A stretch of 54,940 nt of DNA from a virus (Duplodnaviria > Caudoviricetes). The translations under genes and the position numbers were made by a program. The DNA lies in the IMG/VR virus record IMGVR_UViG_3300010233_000019, positions 1 to 54,940 of that record, one strand, 5' to 3'. Every line of letters starts with the position of its first letter. Within the stretch, counting starts at the first letter, position 1. The notes below the pieces were generated by a model, which was not told the origin of the DNA, did not search any database, and saw only the letters and a program-made list of their open reading frames with translations. Positions 1-9,238 of this stretch are shown here, piece after piece.

Positions 1-33
1 ACCCGCCTTGCGTGCCAAGGCACTGACAATGGC
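1..33. repeat. 33-bp perfect inverted copy of 1643..1675
   Basis: acccgccttgcgtgccaaggcactgacaatggc is the exact reverse complement of 1643..1675. Confidence 0.95.
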
Positions 34-265
34 AATGACCTGGAAAGCGTTGATTCTGCGAGACCTACCCCCCTAGCCATGCCGGGGGCTATGTCGATCA
101 ATGCACCTCCGCGCGCGTCGTGGGCTAGGGCCATGGTCTCACCCCATCTCCCAGATTCCAAACGACTTAAAAAAATTTTAAAAACCAAAAATCCCTTCAA
201 AACAAGGCAAAACCCCCATTTCAAAATAACTCCCCTGCGACTTGGCCATGGTTGAGGGGGAAGTC

Positions 266-295
266 TTGACATTTGTAGTAGATATATGGTACAAT
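266..295 (+). promoter_or_regulatory. sigma70-type promoter at the start of the + arm
   Basis: TTGACA-18 nt-TACAAT with TG extension; A-tract-rich upstream sequence. Confidence 0.75.
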
Positions 296-303
296 GCAAC
301 AAG

Positions 304-675
304 ATGGAAATTGAAAATAACTCTCCCAAAACTCCCCCCGCAGAGGGCAAGGCCCTTTCAGAACCGGAATTTACCTTCCCCGTCGAGAAAGTGGTCTCGC
401 CCTGCTCGTGGGCAGAGTGTGGGTCTGGCCATCGATGGAAGCCAACCTTCGCGTTGGTCCAATGCCAAGGGTGTCAGGCTCCGGCATTGATGGGGAAAAT
501 GGAAAATTGCCCCTTCTGCAACGAACCCATGATCTCAGTGACACTACGCCATGACCATGTCCCGAAGGGTGGAGGAGTGGCAAAGAGGTGTCTTGGGGAG
601 AAACCCTATGGGGAAAGCGTGGATGTGATCTTGCAGAGGGCTCATTGGACTGAGGTGGAGGGCAAAACGGAATGA
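304..675 (+). CDS. hypothetical Cys-rich (Zn-binding) protein
   Basis: CxxC pairs (CQGC, CPFC); ATG at 304 just after the promoter. Confidence 0.65.
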   Translation: MEIENNSPKTPPAEGKALSEPEFTFPVEKVVSPCSWAECGSGHRWKPTFALVQCQGCQAPALMGKMENCPFCNEPMISVTLRHDHVPKGGGVAKRCLGEKPYGESVDVILQRAHWTEVEGKTE

Positions 676-881
676 GAAACTGGAAAACAACCACGTGCGC
701 TGGAATCAGTGCATTCTTCATGTTTGTGCTTTTCTCTCCGAATCTCTTCCTGCCCTGGCCATGGGTGGTGGAAGTAGCGAAGTTTGCCTCAATTGGGGGA
801 CTCTTGGCTTTTGGCATTGCGGCGAAGGATTACAATGTGAGTGGGCAAAATCCCTCCAATCGTGATAACGCATCGAAATAG
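672..881 (+). CDS. holin-like small membrane protein
   Basis: 69 aa, two hydrophobic segments, NWKTT start and AKD after the second segment. Confidence 0.55.
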   Translation: MRNWKTTTCAGISAFFMFVLFSPNLFLPWPWVVEVAKFASIGGLLAFGIAAKDYNVSGQNPSNRDNASK

Positions 882-896
882 ACCCAAGGAGACCTC

Positions 897-1223
897 ATGG
901 CAGAGAGATCTAAAAAGGCAGTGAACGCATTCCTCAAGAGTTGGGCAACGCGGGAGGCTTCGTCAAGGCCCCAGATTGTGAAGGTTTCATGGCTTGATGC
1001 GTGTATTCATCAGGGTGGGAGTTTGTATGTCCAACCTGGGTGGCGAGATGGGTACCAGAGTGGTGTGTTCATGGAAACCGTGGGATACCTTCTCAGTGCG
1101 GATAAGGATTGGATCACCGTGGCAATGGAGAGGAATGGAGAGACCAGCCAGCAATTCCGAGATTGGCAGGATATCCCAAGGTATAGCATCGCGGAGATCA
1201 AGGTTTTGGATAAGGGCAAATAG
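897..1223 (+). CDS. phage hypothetical protein (WxDA...VGxL...IPR family)
   Basis: SD AGGAG; motifs shared with 36268..36540. Confidence 0.75.
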   Translation: MAERSKKAVNAFLKSWATREASSRPQIVKVSWLDACIHQGGSLYVQPGWRDGYQSGVFMETVGYLLSADKDWITVAMERNGETSQQFRDWQDIPRYSIAEIKVLDKGK

Positions 1224-1234
1224 GGAGAGACAAG

Positions 1235-1687
1235 ATGATCCAATACGCAGATGATGGATTGACCTTAGAGTACACAGGCCCGGATGGTAAGAAGACCTCC
1301 AAGAGTTGGATGCAGGCGGGATATGGAGCGATGCTTGTGGTGATGGCTGCTCAGGGTCAGGCGCAGAGGGAGAATGTGAATGCCAAGGCCCTATATGAAG
1401 GGGCTCTGGCCAATGCCCAACAGAATGTGGATTCAGGCCATCAGGTCCTCGCTCCGACAAAGCCACTCATGAAGCTCGTGGCGGATGATGCGGTTCCAGT
1501 GAATGGAGTGGTCCCGGCAACGATGGTGGTGTTTGATCCCCCGCTGGCGGATTTGGTGCTTCCCCCGGTTCAGGTGCTGGTGGATGCCAATGCGATTCTG
1601 GCTGCCAGGGCAGCGTTGCCCTCGAATGAGGAAAAGATCCTAGCCATTGTCAGTGCCTTGGCACGCAAGGCGGGTATTGCAGTATAA
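1235..1687 (+). CDS. hypothetical protein
   Basis: 150 aa ORF with SD, tightly packed. Confidence 0.75.
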   Translation: MIQYADDGLTLEYTGPDGKKTSKSWMQAGYGAMLVVMAAQGQAQRENVNAKALYEGALANAQQNVDSGHQVLAPTKPLMKLVADDAVPVNGVVPATMVVFDPPLADLVLPPVQVLVDANAILAARAALPSNEEKILAIVSALARKAGIAV

Positions 1688-1693
1688 AGGAAA

Positions 1694-1936
1694 ATGGAGT
1701 CTATGACGAGTATCAAGAGAATTAGCTACGCATACAACTCCGTCCTTGAGGAAGGTGGGCAAGATGCGTATTTTCTTGATGCCATGGACTTCGAGGATGG
1801 CGAGACGGTGGTGGATGTGCATAAGACATATCGGACAAAGGGGGAGTTTATGGATGGGGTATTGGCCCTTCTCCCTCTCTTCGAATGTGCCGAGGATGGC
1901 AGCGATAGCAGCGGTGGCACATCCGCACTCATTTAA
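1694..1936 (+). CDS. hypothetical acidic protein
   Basis: 80 aa ORF with SD AAGGA. Confidence 0.6.
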   Translation: MESMTSIKRISYAYNSVLEEGGQDAYFLDAMDFEDGETVVDVHKTYRTKGEFMDGVLALLPLFECAEDGSDSSGGTSALI

Positions 1937-1959
1937 TATATAGGAGGTCAAGGAAGAGG

Positions 1960-2100
1960 ATGAAGATTGGAAAGACCAAACTCAAGATGTCGGATGGCAC
2001 CGTGAAGACCTTCGCCTCCGAAAAGAAACGAGACAACTTCGAGCGCGTGGCGGAGGCTTACAAACACGGTTGGCACCCCACGGGCAAAGGGAAGGGCTAA
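1960..2100 (+). CDS. small basic hypothetical protein (46 aa, not in ORF track)
   Basis: Manual translation MKIGKTKLKMSDGTVKTFASEKKRDNFERVAEAYKHGWHPTGKGKG; purine-rich SD; fills the gap exactly. Confidence 0.65.
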   Translation: MKIGKTKLKMSDGTVKTFASEKKRDNFERVAEAYKHGWHPTGKGKG

Positions 2101-2445
2101 ATGGCATTGCATGGTGGAGAGATTCAAAAGAAACGTGGCCAGGACATTGTGACTGGCCCAACAAATAACCCCCTGGGCGACACGCCTAGTAACCCTGCGG
2201 ATACCCTGAGGACGGCAACGCTGCCAATTCGCCAGGCCCAGGGGGTGACCCTGTCTCGTCCGATGGAGAGACCCGTCCGGCTATTCCGCCGCGAGGATCC
2301 TGCTTCGAGCCCTGAGATGTATTGTGAACCGCTTCCGGAAGCGGTAGACCCGTCCGAGGGGAAGTTCGGCAAGGATCAAAACAAATACAGCAAAGGGCCT
2401 AACCAAGAAAAGACAGAGAATGGAGGTTTGGTGTACGGGACCTAA
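2101..2445 (+). CDS. hypothetical low-complexity protein
   Basis: 114 aa ORF abutting its neighbours. Confidence 0.65.
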   Translation: MALHGGEIQKKRGQDIVTGPTNNPLGDTPSNPADTLRTATLPIRQAQGVTLSRPMERPVRLFRREDPASSPEMYCEPLPEAVDPSEGKFGKDQNKYSKGPNQEKTENGGLVYGT

Positions 2446-2448
2446 AAT

Positions 2449-2901
2449 ATGCCCACTGGTATAGCTACTACTATAGTCGAGAAAGACTCTATATTATATA
2501 AGGTCTGCTCAGTTTGTAAAGAATTAAAACCTCTTTCAACTTTTAGGATAACAAGTAAAACTATAGGATATGCTGGTGGTGCATACCACGAGTGCCGTCT
2601 TTGTAATAACAAGCGAAAAGCTGAAGCAGGTAAACGTCTTAGGTTAGATGTGTTAACCCATTATAGCAGTGGCACTCCAAAGTGCGCTTGTTGTGGTGAG
2701 ACTATCCTTGAGTTTTTGGCCCTTGACCACATAAATGGTGGGGGTCAGATTCATAGGAAAGAAATTGGGTCTGGTCATTCCCTATCAAGATGGTTAATAC
2801 GCACAGGATATCCTGAGGGTTTTCAAATCCTTTGCCATAATTGTAATTGTGCTAAGGGTTTTTATGGCCAATGCCCTCATCAAAGAAATAAGGAGATATA
2901 A
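2449..2901 (+). CDS. HNH endonuclease (free-standing, homing-type)
   Basis: CACCGE...LALDHING...ILCHNCNCAKG; N-terminal CxxC motifs; visibly more AT-rich than flanks. Confidence 0.85.
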   Translation: MPTGIATTIVEKDSILYKVCSVCKELKPLSTFRITSKTIGYAGGAYHECRLCNNKRKAEAGKRLRLDVLTHYSSGTPKCACCGETILEFLALDHINGGGQIHRKEIGSGHSLSRWLIRTGYPEGFQILCHNCNCAKGFYGQCPHQRNKEI

Positions 2902-2904
2902 AAC

Positions 2905-3135
2905 ATGGCAAAGAATGTAACCAAAGTTGACGGTGGAGAACGTGGTGTGGAGCATCCCAAGTCGATGGATGCGGCGTTGATTGGGGATACCCGTCATCGT
3001 CTGCACACGGCTTCCCTGTCCAAAGCAATCCATATGGGTGGCACCGCCAAGCATTCCCAGAGCGGTGGCCCGGATTCGAATATGCTTCGCTACGACGATG
3101 GCATGGGGACTGGTGAAGCGGACGATAATTGCTAA
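2905..3135 (+). CDS. hypothetical protein
   Basis: 76 aa ORF with SD AAGGAG. Confidence 0.65.
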   Translation: MAKNVTKVDGGERGVEHPKSMDAALIGDTRHRLHTASLSKAIHMGGTAKHSQSGGPDSNMLRYDDGMGTGEADDNC

Positions 3136-3161
3136 GTTGGCTTAGGCCATATTGAGGACCG

Positions 3162-3404
3162 ATGAAGAAACGAATGGTGATTTGCGACATTGACTCCATA
3201 TGTCGTTTGTTGAAGGATTATTGTGGTCAGGTGGGATTCCCCGAGGATGGTCAGGCTGTAAAGTTAATGCTCAACCCACAAGAGCATAAGCTGGCGATCA
3301 TCGTGGAGAGTTCCACCTGGGCCACGCCGCAGGCGGCGGAGCTTGTGAAGTTTGATATCCAACGCTTCTATGGACTTGGCCAAAGCCAAGGAACGGTGAG
3401 TTAG
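3162..3404 (+). CDS. hypothetical protein, probable paralog of the next gene
   Basis: Shares Y..P..G...NP...VES..W.T pattern with 3407..3679. Confidence 0.7.
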   Translation: MKKRMVICDIDSICRLLKDYCGQVGFPEDGQAVKLMLNPQEHKLAIIVESSTWATPQAAELVKFDIQRFYGLGQSQGTVS

Positions 3405-3406
3405 AG

Positions 3407-3679
3407 ATGGCCCAGAAAGCATTCATCCTCGAGCCCCATGACCTGTTGATGCTATGGTGTCACTATACAGATGGAGAGGTCCCCTTGAATGGTGAGGTCA
3501 AGAGTGTCGGGGTAAACCCGATGCTTCAGCGGTTTGTTGGCCTTGAGGTGGAGAGTGACGAGTGGGAAACTCTCGAGCCCTTGCAGCTTCGCTACGAAGG
3601 CAAGAAAGTCTTCTCCTGGTCAAAAGGGGAAGGAGAAAAACCATGGACTCAATCAAACGAAACCCCAACTCGCCAGTAG
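3407..3679 (+). CDS. hypothetical protein, probable paralog of the previous gene
   Basis: Same pattern as 3162..3404. Confidence 0.7.
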   Translation: MAQKAFILEPHDLLMLWCHYTDGEVPLNGEVKSVGVNPMLQRFVGLEVESDEWETLEPLQLRYEGKKVFSWSKGEGEKPWTQSNETPTRQ

Positions 3680-3813
3680 TCCCCGAGACATATGCCCTCG
3701 TGGAGAGCACTTGGCCTAGCACATGGCCACTCTTTGTGTGGGCCAAACCTCGCTACACTGGAACCGAAGATCTCTCTGAAGAGGATCTACCCTTTTAAAA
3801 GGAACCCAACCCT

Positions 3814-4587
3814 ATGCGAATTCTAGTTCTTGGAGATGGCTTCACAGATCGATACCATCTCGCCACATCCTCAAAGCTCAGTGCGGAGGTGCCCATCCCC
3901 ATTTGCAAGATAGAGGGCATTGTGGACCTCCCCGGTGGAGCCCTGAATGTCCGCGAGAATCTCCGATCCCTTGCAGTGGATGGTCGCTTCCTGGTCCCAT
4001 CGGGGGAGCTTAATTTGCCCATCAAGAACCGTCTCATGGTTGGCGACCACCAAATCGCCCGATGGGACGAGAAGGACTGGTGTACACCATATATCCCAGC
4101 GGATCTCTTGGTCCTCCTTGAGGACTGGGATGCGATTATTGTGAGCGATTATGGCAAGGGTTCAGTTTCAAAGGAGGTGATCCAGATTCTACGGGACCTT
4201 ACGATCCCGGTCTTTGTTGACACGAAGTGCGATCCCACTCCGTGGATCGGCTCGGAGGCAGTGATGTTTCCGAACTTGGCCGAATACAAGCAATACGAAC
4301 AAGCATATGAGTGGTTTGGAAAGGTACTCCTCAAACGTGGCAAGGATGGCCTTGCGATGGTGGAGTATGGAAATGTGGTCCTGACGCGGCCAAGTGTGGC
4401 ATCCTACGTACGAAGTGTGAATGGTGCGGGGGATACAACCCTTGCAGCGTTTGTGGTTGCCGTGATGAGTGGGGGCACATTGGATTATTGTATGAAATAC
4501 GCCATGGCTGCAGCGGCAGTGAGCGTGGAGAATCCCCTAACCTACGCCCCCACTGAGGCTGAGGTCTCACAGAAACTCTTTGTCTAA
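3814..4587 (+). CDS. PfkB-family sugar kinase, HldE/RfaE kinase-domain type (heptose-7-phosphate kinase)
   Basis: ILVLGD..DRY, LSAEVPIP, PGGALNV, IIVSDYGKG, VFVDTK, PNLAE, GAGDT. Confidence 0.88.
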   Translation: MRILVLGDGFTDRYHLATSSKLSAEVPIPICKIEGIVDLPGGALNVRENLRSLAVDGRFLVPSGELNLPIKNRLMVGDHQIARWDEKDWCTPYIPADLLVLLEDWDAIIVSDYGKGSVSKEVIQILRDLTIPVFVDTKCDPTPWIGSEAVMFPNLAEYKQYEQAYEWFGKVLLKRGKDGLAMVEYGNVVLTRPSVASYVRSVNGAGDTTLAAFVVAVMSGGTLDYCMKYAMAAAAVSVENPLTYAPTEAEVSQKLFV

Positions 4588-5452
4588 CTACTACCAACTC
4601 ACGGAGGAGGTTCTGGAGGGACTCAAATGGGTCTCTCCAAAGTCCGCGAGGGAAGCCCTTGGTATCATTGGTAAGTATGAGTACGACCACTGTGCGGATG
4701 ACCCCATATACTGGCTCGATCAGACCCAACATGTGAAGACCAAGACCTGGCCAAAAGGGCTCCCCTATGTCTTCACAAAGGATCCGCATATTCTTTACTC
4801 TTGCAAGACATGCGGGGTGGAGATCTTTGGAGACAAGCGAGGACTCCATCTGGAGATGTCCCATAAGATCCTCGCCAAATCCATTCGGGAACTTGGAGAA
4901 CAATTTGAAGAACTCAACCCCACCCGACCCTTCACAGTGATTGAGTACATGCCTCCAATCGCCAGAGCGTGGCTTGATTCTCAATTCTTTGTGCTGGAGA
5001 AATCCCGCGACATGATGGCCACTTGGTTGATGGTGGCACTCTTCACGTGGGATGCCCTCTTCCACAAGGGGCGACAACATATCTTCCAATCCCAAGACGC
5101 GGGAAAAACCCTCGAGCTTGTCCAACGCTCAAAGATCATCTACGATAACACCCCAAAGTTCCTGAAGGACACCATCGGACCCGTGATGTTTGGGAAGGGC
5201 AATTCCAAATCCGGGGAGTTCTTTATCCTTCGCCAAGAGAGCGAGATTCTGGGGTTCCCCCAAGGACCCGATCAGATCCGCCAGTTCCACCCTTCAGGGG
5301 TCTTCACAGATGAAACGGCCTTCCAGGTCGAAGCAGCATCCAGCTTCGCGGCCATCAAACCCGCCATCCAACAAGGTGGCAAATACGTGGGGATCTCCTC
5401 AGCCAATCGAAGCTACTTTGAACTCCTCTGCCGAGATCGGAGTGACGGATGA
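4580..5452 (+). CDS. terminase large subunit, N-terminal ATPase half
   Basis: Walker A-like EKSRDMMATW, Walker B VFTDETAF, coupling motif ISSA; no nuclease domain; TTG start. Confidence 0.85.
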   Translation: MSNYYQLTEEVLEGLKWVSPKSAREALGIIGKYEYDHCADDPIYWLDQTQHVKTKTWPKGLPYVFTKDPHILYSCKTCGVEIFGDKRGLHLEMSHKILAKSIRELGEQFEELNPTRPFTVIEYMPPIARAWLDSQFFVLEKSRDMMATWLMVALFTWDALFHKGRQHIFQSQDAGKTLELVQRSKIIYDNTPKFLKDTIGPVMFGKGNSKSGEFFILRQESEILGFPQGPDQIRQFHPSGVFTDETAFQVEAASSFAAIKPAIQQGGKYVGISSANRSYFELLCRDRSDG

Positions 5453-6015
5453 TAACCCCCCTCACAGGTCGCCGCTTCATGGGAAACTGGGACACAGTCT
5501 TCCAGTCTATCATGGAGACCCAAAATGAACTCCAGGTCCCCGGAGAGATCGCGGAGTTTGGTGTCTTTGAAGGCGGGAATACCTTGAAACTTGCCCAATA
5601 TGGCCGGAAGGTTTGGGCGTTTGACACCTACGAAGGAATCCCCAAGGAGGACTTTGATCCAGAGGTGGACAAGGATCTCCCAGGAAAGTTTACTCCCCAG
5701 TGGTCCATCGCGGATCTCTTTCGGGGGTACCCCCAGGTGATCCCCGTGAAGGGTCGGTTTGCAGAGACCCTCCCCACAATCGCCCCGAGTTTGAAGTTTT
5801 GTTTTGTCTTTTTGGATTGTGATCTGTACTCCTCCCACAAACAAGTCCTCTCGTGGTTGCCTTCTCATATGTCTCGGAATGGAGTGATTCTCTTTGAAGA
5901 CTACTACCTCCTCCCTGCAGCAAAACAAGCTGCAGAGGAATTCAAACTCGAACAAGGTTTCGGGGATCAGGGAGTTCCTGCGAATCTTGTGGTATGGAAA
6001 GACTCCCATGTGTAA
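5449..6015 (+). CDS. TylF/NovP-family SAM-dependent O-methyltransferase
   Basis: EFGVFEGG, AFDTYEGIP, KGRFAETLP, FLDCDLYSS, ILFEDY. Confidence 0.88.
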   Translation: MITPLTGRRFMGNWDTVFQSIMETQNELQVPGEIAEFGVFEGGNTLKLAQYGRKVWAFDTYEGIPKEDFDPEVDKDLPGKFTPQWSIADLFRGYPQVIPVKGRFAETLPTIAPSLKFCFVFLDCDLYSSHKQVLSWLPSHMSRNGVILFEDYYLLPAAKQAAEEFKLEQGFGDQGVPANLVVWKDSHV

Positions 6016-6172
6016 GGTCCTCGAAGCCTACAAGGAACTCGTCTGGTGGCAAAACAATGAACTCTACTCCGGAGACGATCCCCCGGGGTGGGAACGAAGA
6101 TATAGCCCGAAAGAATTTGCTGAGGCCAAACGCCTCTTGGAGAAAAAACAATGCGACTTGATGAACTTGTAG
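6008..6172 (+). CDS. hypothetical protein
   Basis: ATG overlapping the upstream stop; 54 aa. Confidence 0.5.
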   Translation: MCKVLEAYKELVWWQNNELYSGDDPPGWERRYSPKEFAEAKRLLEKKQCDLMNL

Positions 6173-6297
6173 ACTTGATGCTTCAGCCCCAGCAGGATCA
6201 GGAAGTAGTAGTTGAAGTAGGTGGACAACTTTTAGAAATGGAAATCTCCCCAAATCATCCTTCGGGAAAATTTGTCCTTAAAACAAAGGGTTAAAAT

Positions 6298-6990
6298 ATG
6301 AAAAAACTTCTTTTTCTCTTTCTCCTAATCCTCCTCCCAAGTCCTGCTCAGCAAATGACGTATTATACAGGGCTTTTTTGGGAAAATGGCTCTAGTGTTC
6401 CTGGCACTTGTACGGCTCCAGCATTTTATTACCACATCCCTACAACTACATTATATGCGTGTAGTAATGCTACGAAAACATTTGTCCAGGCGGGGGGCGG
6501 CTCGATGGTCTACCCATCCGGTACTGGCGTGGCTGTAGTCGCTAGTGGCGCAGCCTGGGCCACGACGCTCCCCACGTCCACCACAGTCAACGGGCAGACG
6601 TGTGCGCTGGGGTCATCTTGCACAATCGCAGCGGGTGGAACCGTCACCGCCACATTCCTGCTCTGCGCTGGCCCGTGCGTGGCAAACGAAACGAGCAACT
6701 GGAAGTGGTCCGCGCCCGCAGCGGTGGCCGTGGCGGGGTGCATCGTGGATGCCCAGACCTATCCGACAGGCGCGGCGGTAACCGTGGATCTACTCAAGGG
6801 TGGGACTACCACGGTGTTTACCTCCACGGTGCCGACTCTCGCGGCTGGCTCCAGCGCCTACAACGAGCAAACTGGGATGGCGGCAGCGGCAACGCTGGCA
6901 AAAGGAGACTTCCTGGTTGCTAAAGTGCTCACGGTGGGCAGCACCATTGCGGGTCAGTTTGTGAATCTCGTTTGCCGGTTGACCTACTAG
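6298..6990 (+). CDS. exported fibre/adhesin-like protein with Sec signal peptide
   Basis: MKKLLFLFLLILLPSPA signal; PGxC domain; Thr/Ala/Gly-rich beta C-terminus. Confidence 0.75.
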   Translation: MKKLLFLFLLILLPSPAQQMTYYTGLFWENGSSVPGTCTAPAFYYHIPTTTLYACSNATKTFVQAGGGSMVYPSGTGVAVVASGAAWATTLPTSTTVNGQTCALGSSCTIAAGGTVTATFLLCAGPCVANETSNWKWSAPAAVAVAGCIVDAQTYPTGAAVTVDLLKGGTTTVFTSTVPTLAAGSSAYNEQTGMAAAATLAKGDFLVAKVLTVGSTIAGQFVNLVCRLTY

Positions 6991-6998
6991 GAGACTCC

Positions 6999-8840
6999 AT
7001 GCGCTATCTGATGATCTTGATTCTCGCGTCCGTAACAGCGTGGGGCGCAACCTGCACCGCAACACAGAACGGCAACTGGACTACAGCCGCGACGTGGGGC
7101 GGAACGTGTGCCGGAAGCGGAACCAACTCCACCCCTGCGACGGGCGACATTGCGGCGATTGCGGCGAAGACGGTCACGGTGGACGCCAATGTTACGGTGG
7201 GCACCTCGCCCAACGATGCGACCACTGCCGTTATCACTTCCACTACCACGGGAAGGCTCAATGTTGCGGCGGGTGTGACACTCATCGTCAAAGGCAATAT
7301 GAGCTTCGGCAACGGCGGAACGCTCGACCTGGAGGCAGGGGCAACGCTCACCTTCGACAATTCCTCCAGCGGTGGAAGTCCCGTTTACCAACTCATCAAC
7401 ATCGGGAGCCAGACCTACATCTTCAACGGCACAGCGCAGGCCAGGGCGACGTTCCAGGCCATCGCTGGGCAGAGCTTCATCATCGGGCGACCCTGGACTT
7501 CGTTCACCGCTTCCTACACCGACTTCTACCGTGGTTCGGTGATCTCTGGCTCTCTGAGCGTGCCGGGTGATATATCTATCACCAATTGCACCTTTACTTC
7601 GTGGGGTCCAATCGCTCCCACCAATAGCAGCGCGACGGTGAACGTGATCGTGCGGAACAACGTCTGGACAAGCGGCACGGGCGCGAATGATTTCAAGCCG
7701 TCCTACTCCAGTGCAACTTTCACTAGCGGAACGCGAGAGATCAGCGGGAATGTGTTCAGCACTCTGTTTGCATACGACAGCACTTTGGGATTCTCGATCT
7801 TCAACAACTACTTCGGCAACTCTGTAAACTCCACCTCACAGAGCACGAAACTGTGGACGACATTCCATGACAATTTCGTCAATGGAGGAAGCGGCACCCC
7901 GGCAACTGGACAAATCTTCGTTGGCCCTACCTCGCACAACTATTTCGTGCAGACTACCGCCATCGGCAATCCTCACTTCATTGCCCCGGTTGCGGTGGCT
8001 GCTGCCACCACCTACGAGCAGAACATCTTTGAGTCCCAATCCATCGACGCGATAGACACTGGAGATGCGATCCTTATCAACGCTGGCGCGGGAACCACGT
8101 TCTCGATCACTCTCCAGAACAACATCGTGCTGCCAGATCCACTGGCGGGCGCGAACTACGTTGCGAGTGGTACTATGGCTACGATCTTTTCCAATTCCAC
8201 CACGACGAGCAACTGGAACAAAAACACCTTCAATACCAATAAGTCTGCGGCAACGGTACTGCGCGGCGGCATCGCTTATGAGGAGGGCGGGGGTGGATTC
8301 GCGGGGCAGATCGCGCAGATGAAAAGCAATCTCGCTTGGGGGTCAACGAGCGGACAGGGCGCACTGGCGGAACAGAACAGCGGCACCACGTTGGATGTGA
8401 TTCTCCCGGCTGGCGCTGACTACAACTGGACCTGGAACACGGACGCCGGGAACAACGGGCGCAGCTATAACTACAAAACGGGCGGCACGTTTATGTGGAG
8501 CGGCAGCCAGAACGCCGCTGCGGCTGGTGTGGATAATCATCAGGGAACGGGCGATCCGCGATTTCTGGACTCTACCCGGTGTGCGGCAAAGTGGGCCGCT
8601 GCGCGCGGTTACGGATCGACATTCGCGGACGCGCAGACTGCCCTGAAGGCGAACCCGGCTCGGGTGTCCGACCTAATCGACTATGTGCGGCAAGGCTACA
8701 TCCCTACCAGCCTTTCGCTCAAGGGGAAGGCACACGATGGCACCGACCCCGGAGCGGTGGTCATCACCGTGTTCGGCAGTGCGGGGGCCAATATGAGCAC
8801 GTCGCTGGCAACCACGTTCAGTGGGGGGGTGGCGTTCTAA
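6999..8840 (+). CDS. exported beta-helix-like protein with Sec signal peptide
   Basis: MRYLMILILASVTAWGA signal; GNWTTAATWGG start; repeated Asn-ladder motifs (NNVW, GNVF, NNYF, NNIV). Confidence 0.75.
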   Translation: MRYLMILILASVTAWGATCTATQNGNWTTAATWGGTCAGSGTNSTPATGDIAAIAAKTVTVDANVTVGTSPNDATTAVITSTTTGRLNVAAGVTLIVKGNMSFGNGGTLDLEAGATLTFDNSSSGGSPVYQLINIGSQTYIFNGTAQARATFQAIAGQSFIIGRPWTSFTASYTDFYRGSVISGSLSVPGDISITNCTFTSWGPIAPTNSSATVNVIVRNNVWTSGTGANDFKPSYSSATFTSGTREISGNVFSTLFAYDSTLGFSIFNNYFGNSVNSTSQSTKLWTTFHDNFVNGGSGTPATGQIFVGPTSHNYFVQTTAIGNPHFIAPVAVAAATTYEQNIFESQSIDAIDTGDAILINAGAGTTFSITLQNNIVLPDPLAGANYVASGTMATIFSNSTTTSNWNKNTFNTNKSAATVLRGGIAYEEGGGGFAGQIAQMKSNLAWGSTSGQGALAEQNSGTTLDVILPAGADYNWTWNTDAGNNGRSYNYKTGGTFMWSGSQNAAAAGVDNHQGTGDPRFLDSTRCAAKWAAARGYGSTFADAQTALKANPARVSDLIDYVRQGYIPTSLSLKGKAHDGTDPGAVVITVFGSAGANMSTSLATTFSGGVAF

Positions 8841-8998
8841 TGAGACGACTGCTGCTGCTTCTCGCTCTTACTTTGCCCGCCATCACGAATGGAGCCACCC
8901 CCTCGGGGACGAATCTATCCCTCACCACCAAGGGCAATGGGACTAACAACATCAATGTCCTCGCCAACTCTTGGTGCTCCCTGGTGCAGATGAACTAG
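8840..8998 (+). CDS. 52-aa signal-peptide ORF, possibly an internally deleted remnant
   Basis: MRRLLLLLALTLPA followed by only about 35 aa; TAATG coupling. Confidence 0.5.
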   Translation: MRRLLLLLALTLPAITNGATPSGTNLSLTTKGNGTNNINVLANSWCSLVQMN

Positions 8999-9004
8999 AT
9001 CCCC

Positions 9005-9238
9005 ATGTCCTATCCCATCCCATTTGATCCACATAATTGCCTGGTCTATGTCCTCACCTTGTGGGTTCTATATCGGGGGAAGATCATCCTCCGAAAGTCC
9101 CCTCGGGGTTGGTGGTTCCATGCATGGTGGACAAAGGATGGAAAGGACCTCTATGAGTATACTCCTCTAGATCCAAGGTATGATCTCATCTCTCCTCCGA
9201 TGTTCTATAAGGGATACATCAAAACAACCCATCTCTAA
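9005..9238 (+). CDS. hypothetical aromatic-rich protein
   Basis: 77 aa ORF coupled (TAATG) to the next gene. Confidence 0.65.
   Translation: MSYPIPFDPHNCLVYVLTLWVLYRGKIILRKSPRGWWFHAWWTKDGKDLYEYTPLDPRYDLISPPMFYKGYIKTTHL

Noticed and set aside
5452-9238. Intron or intein explaining the split terminase
   Set aside because: No intein terminal residues or recognisable intron core; the interval holds ordinary coupled genes.
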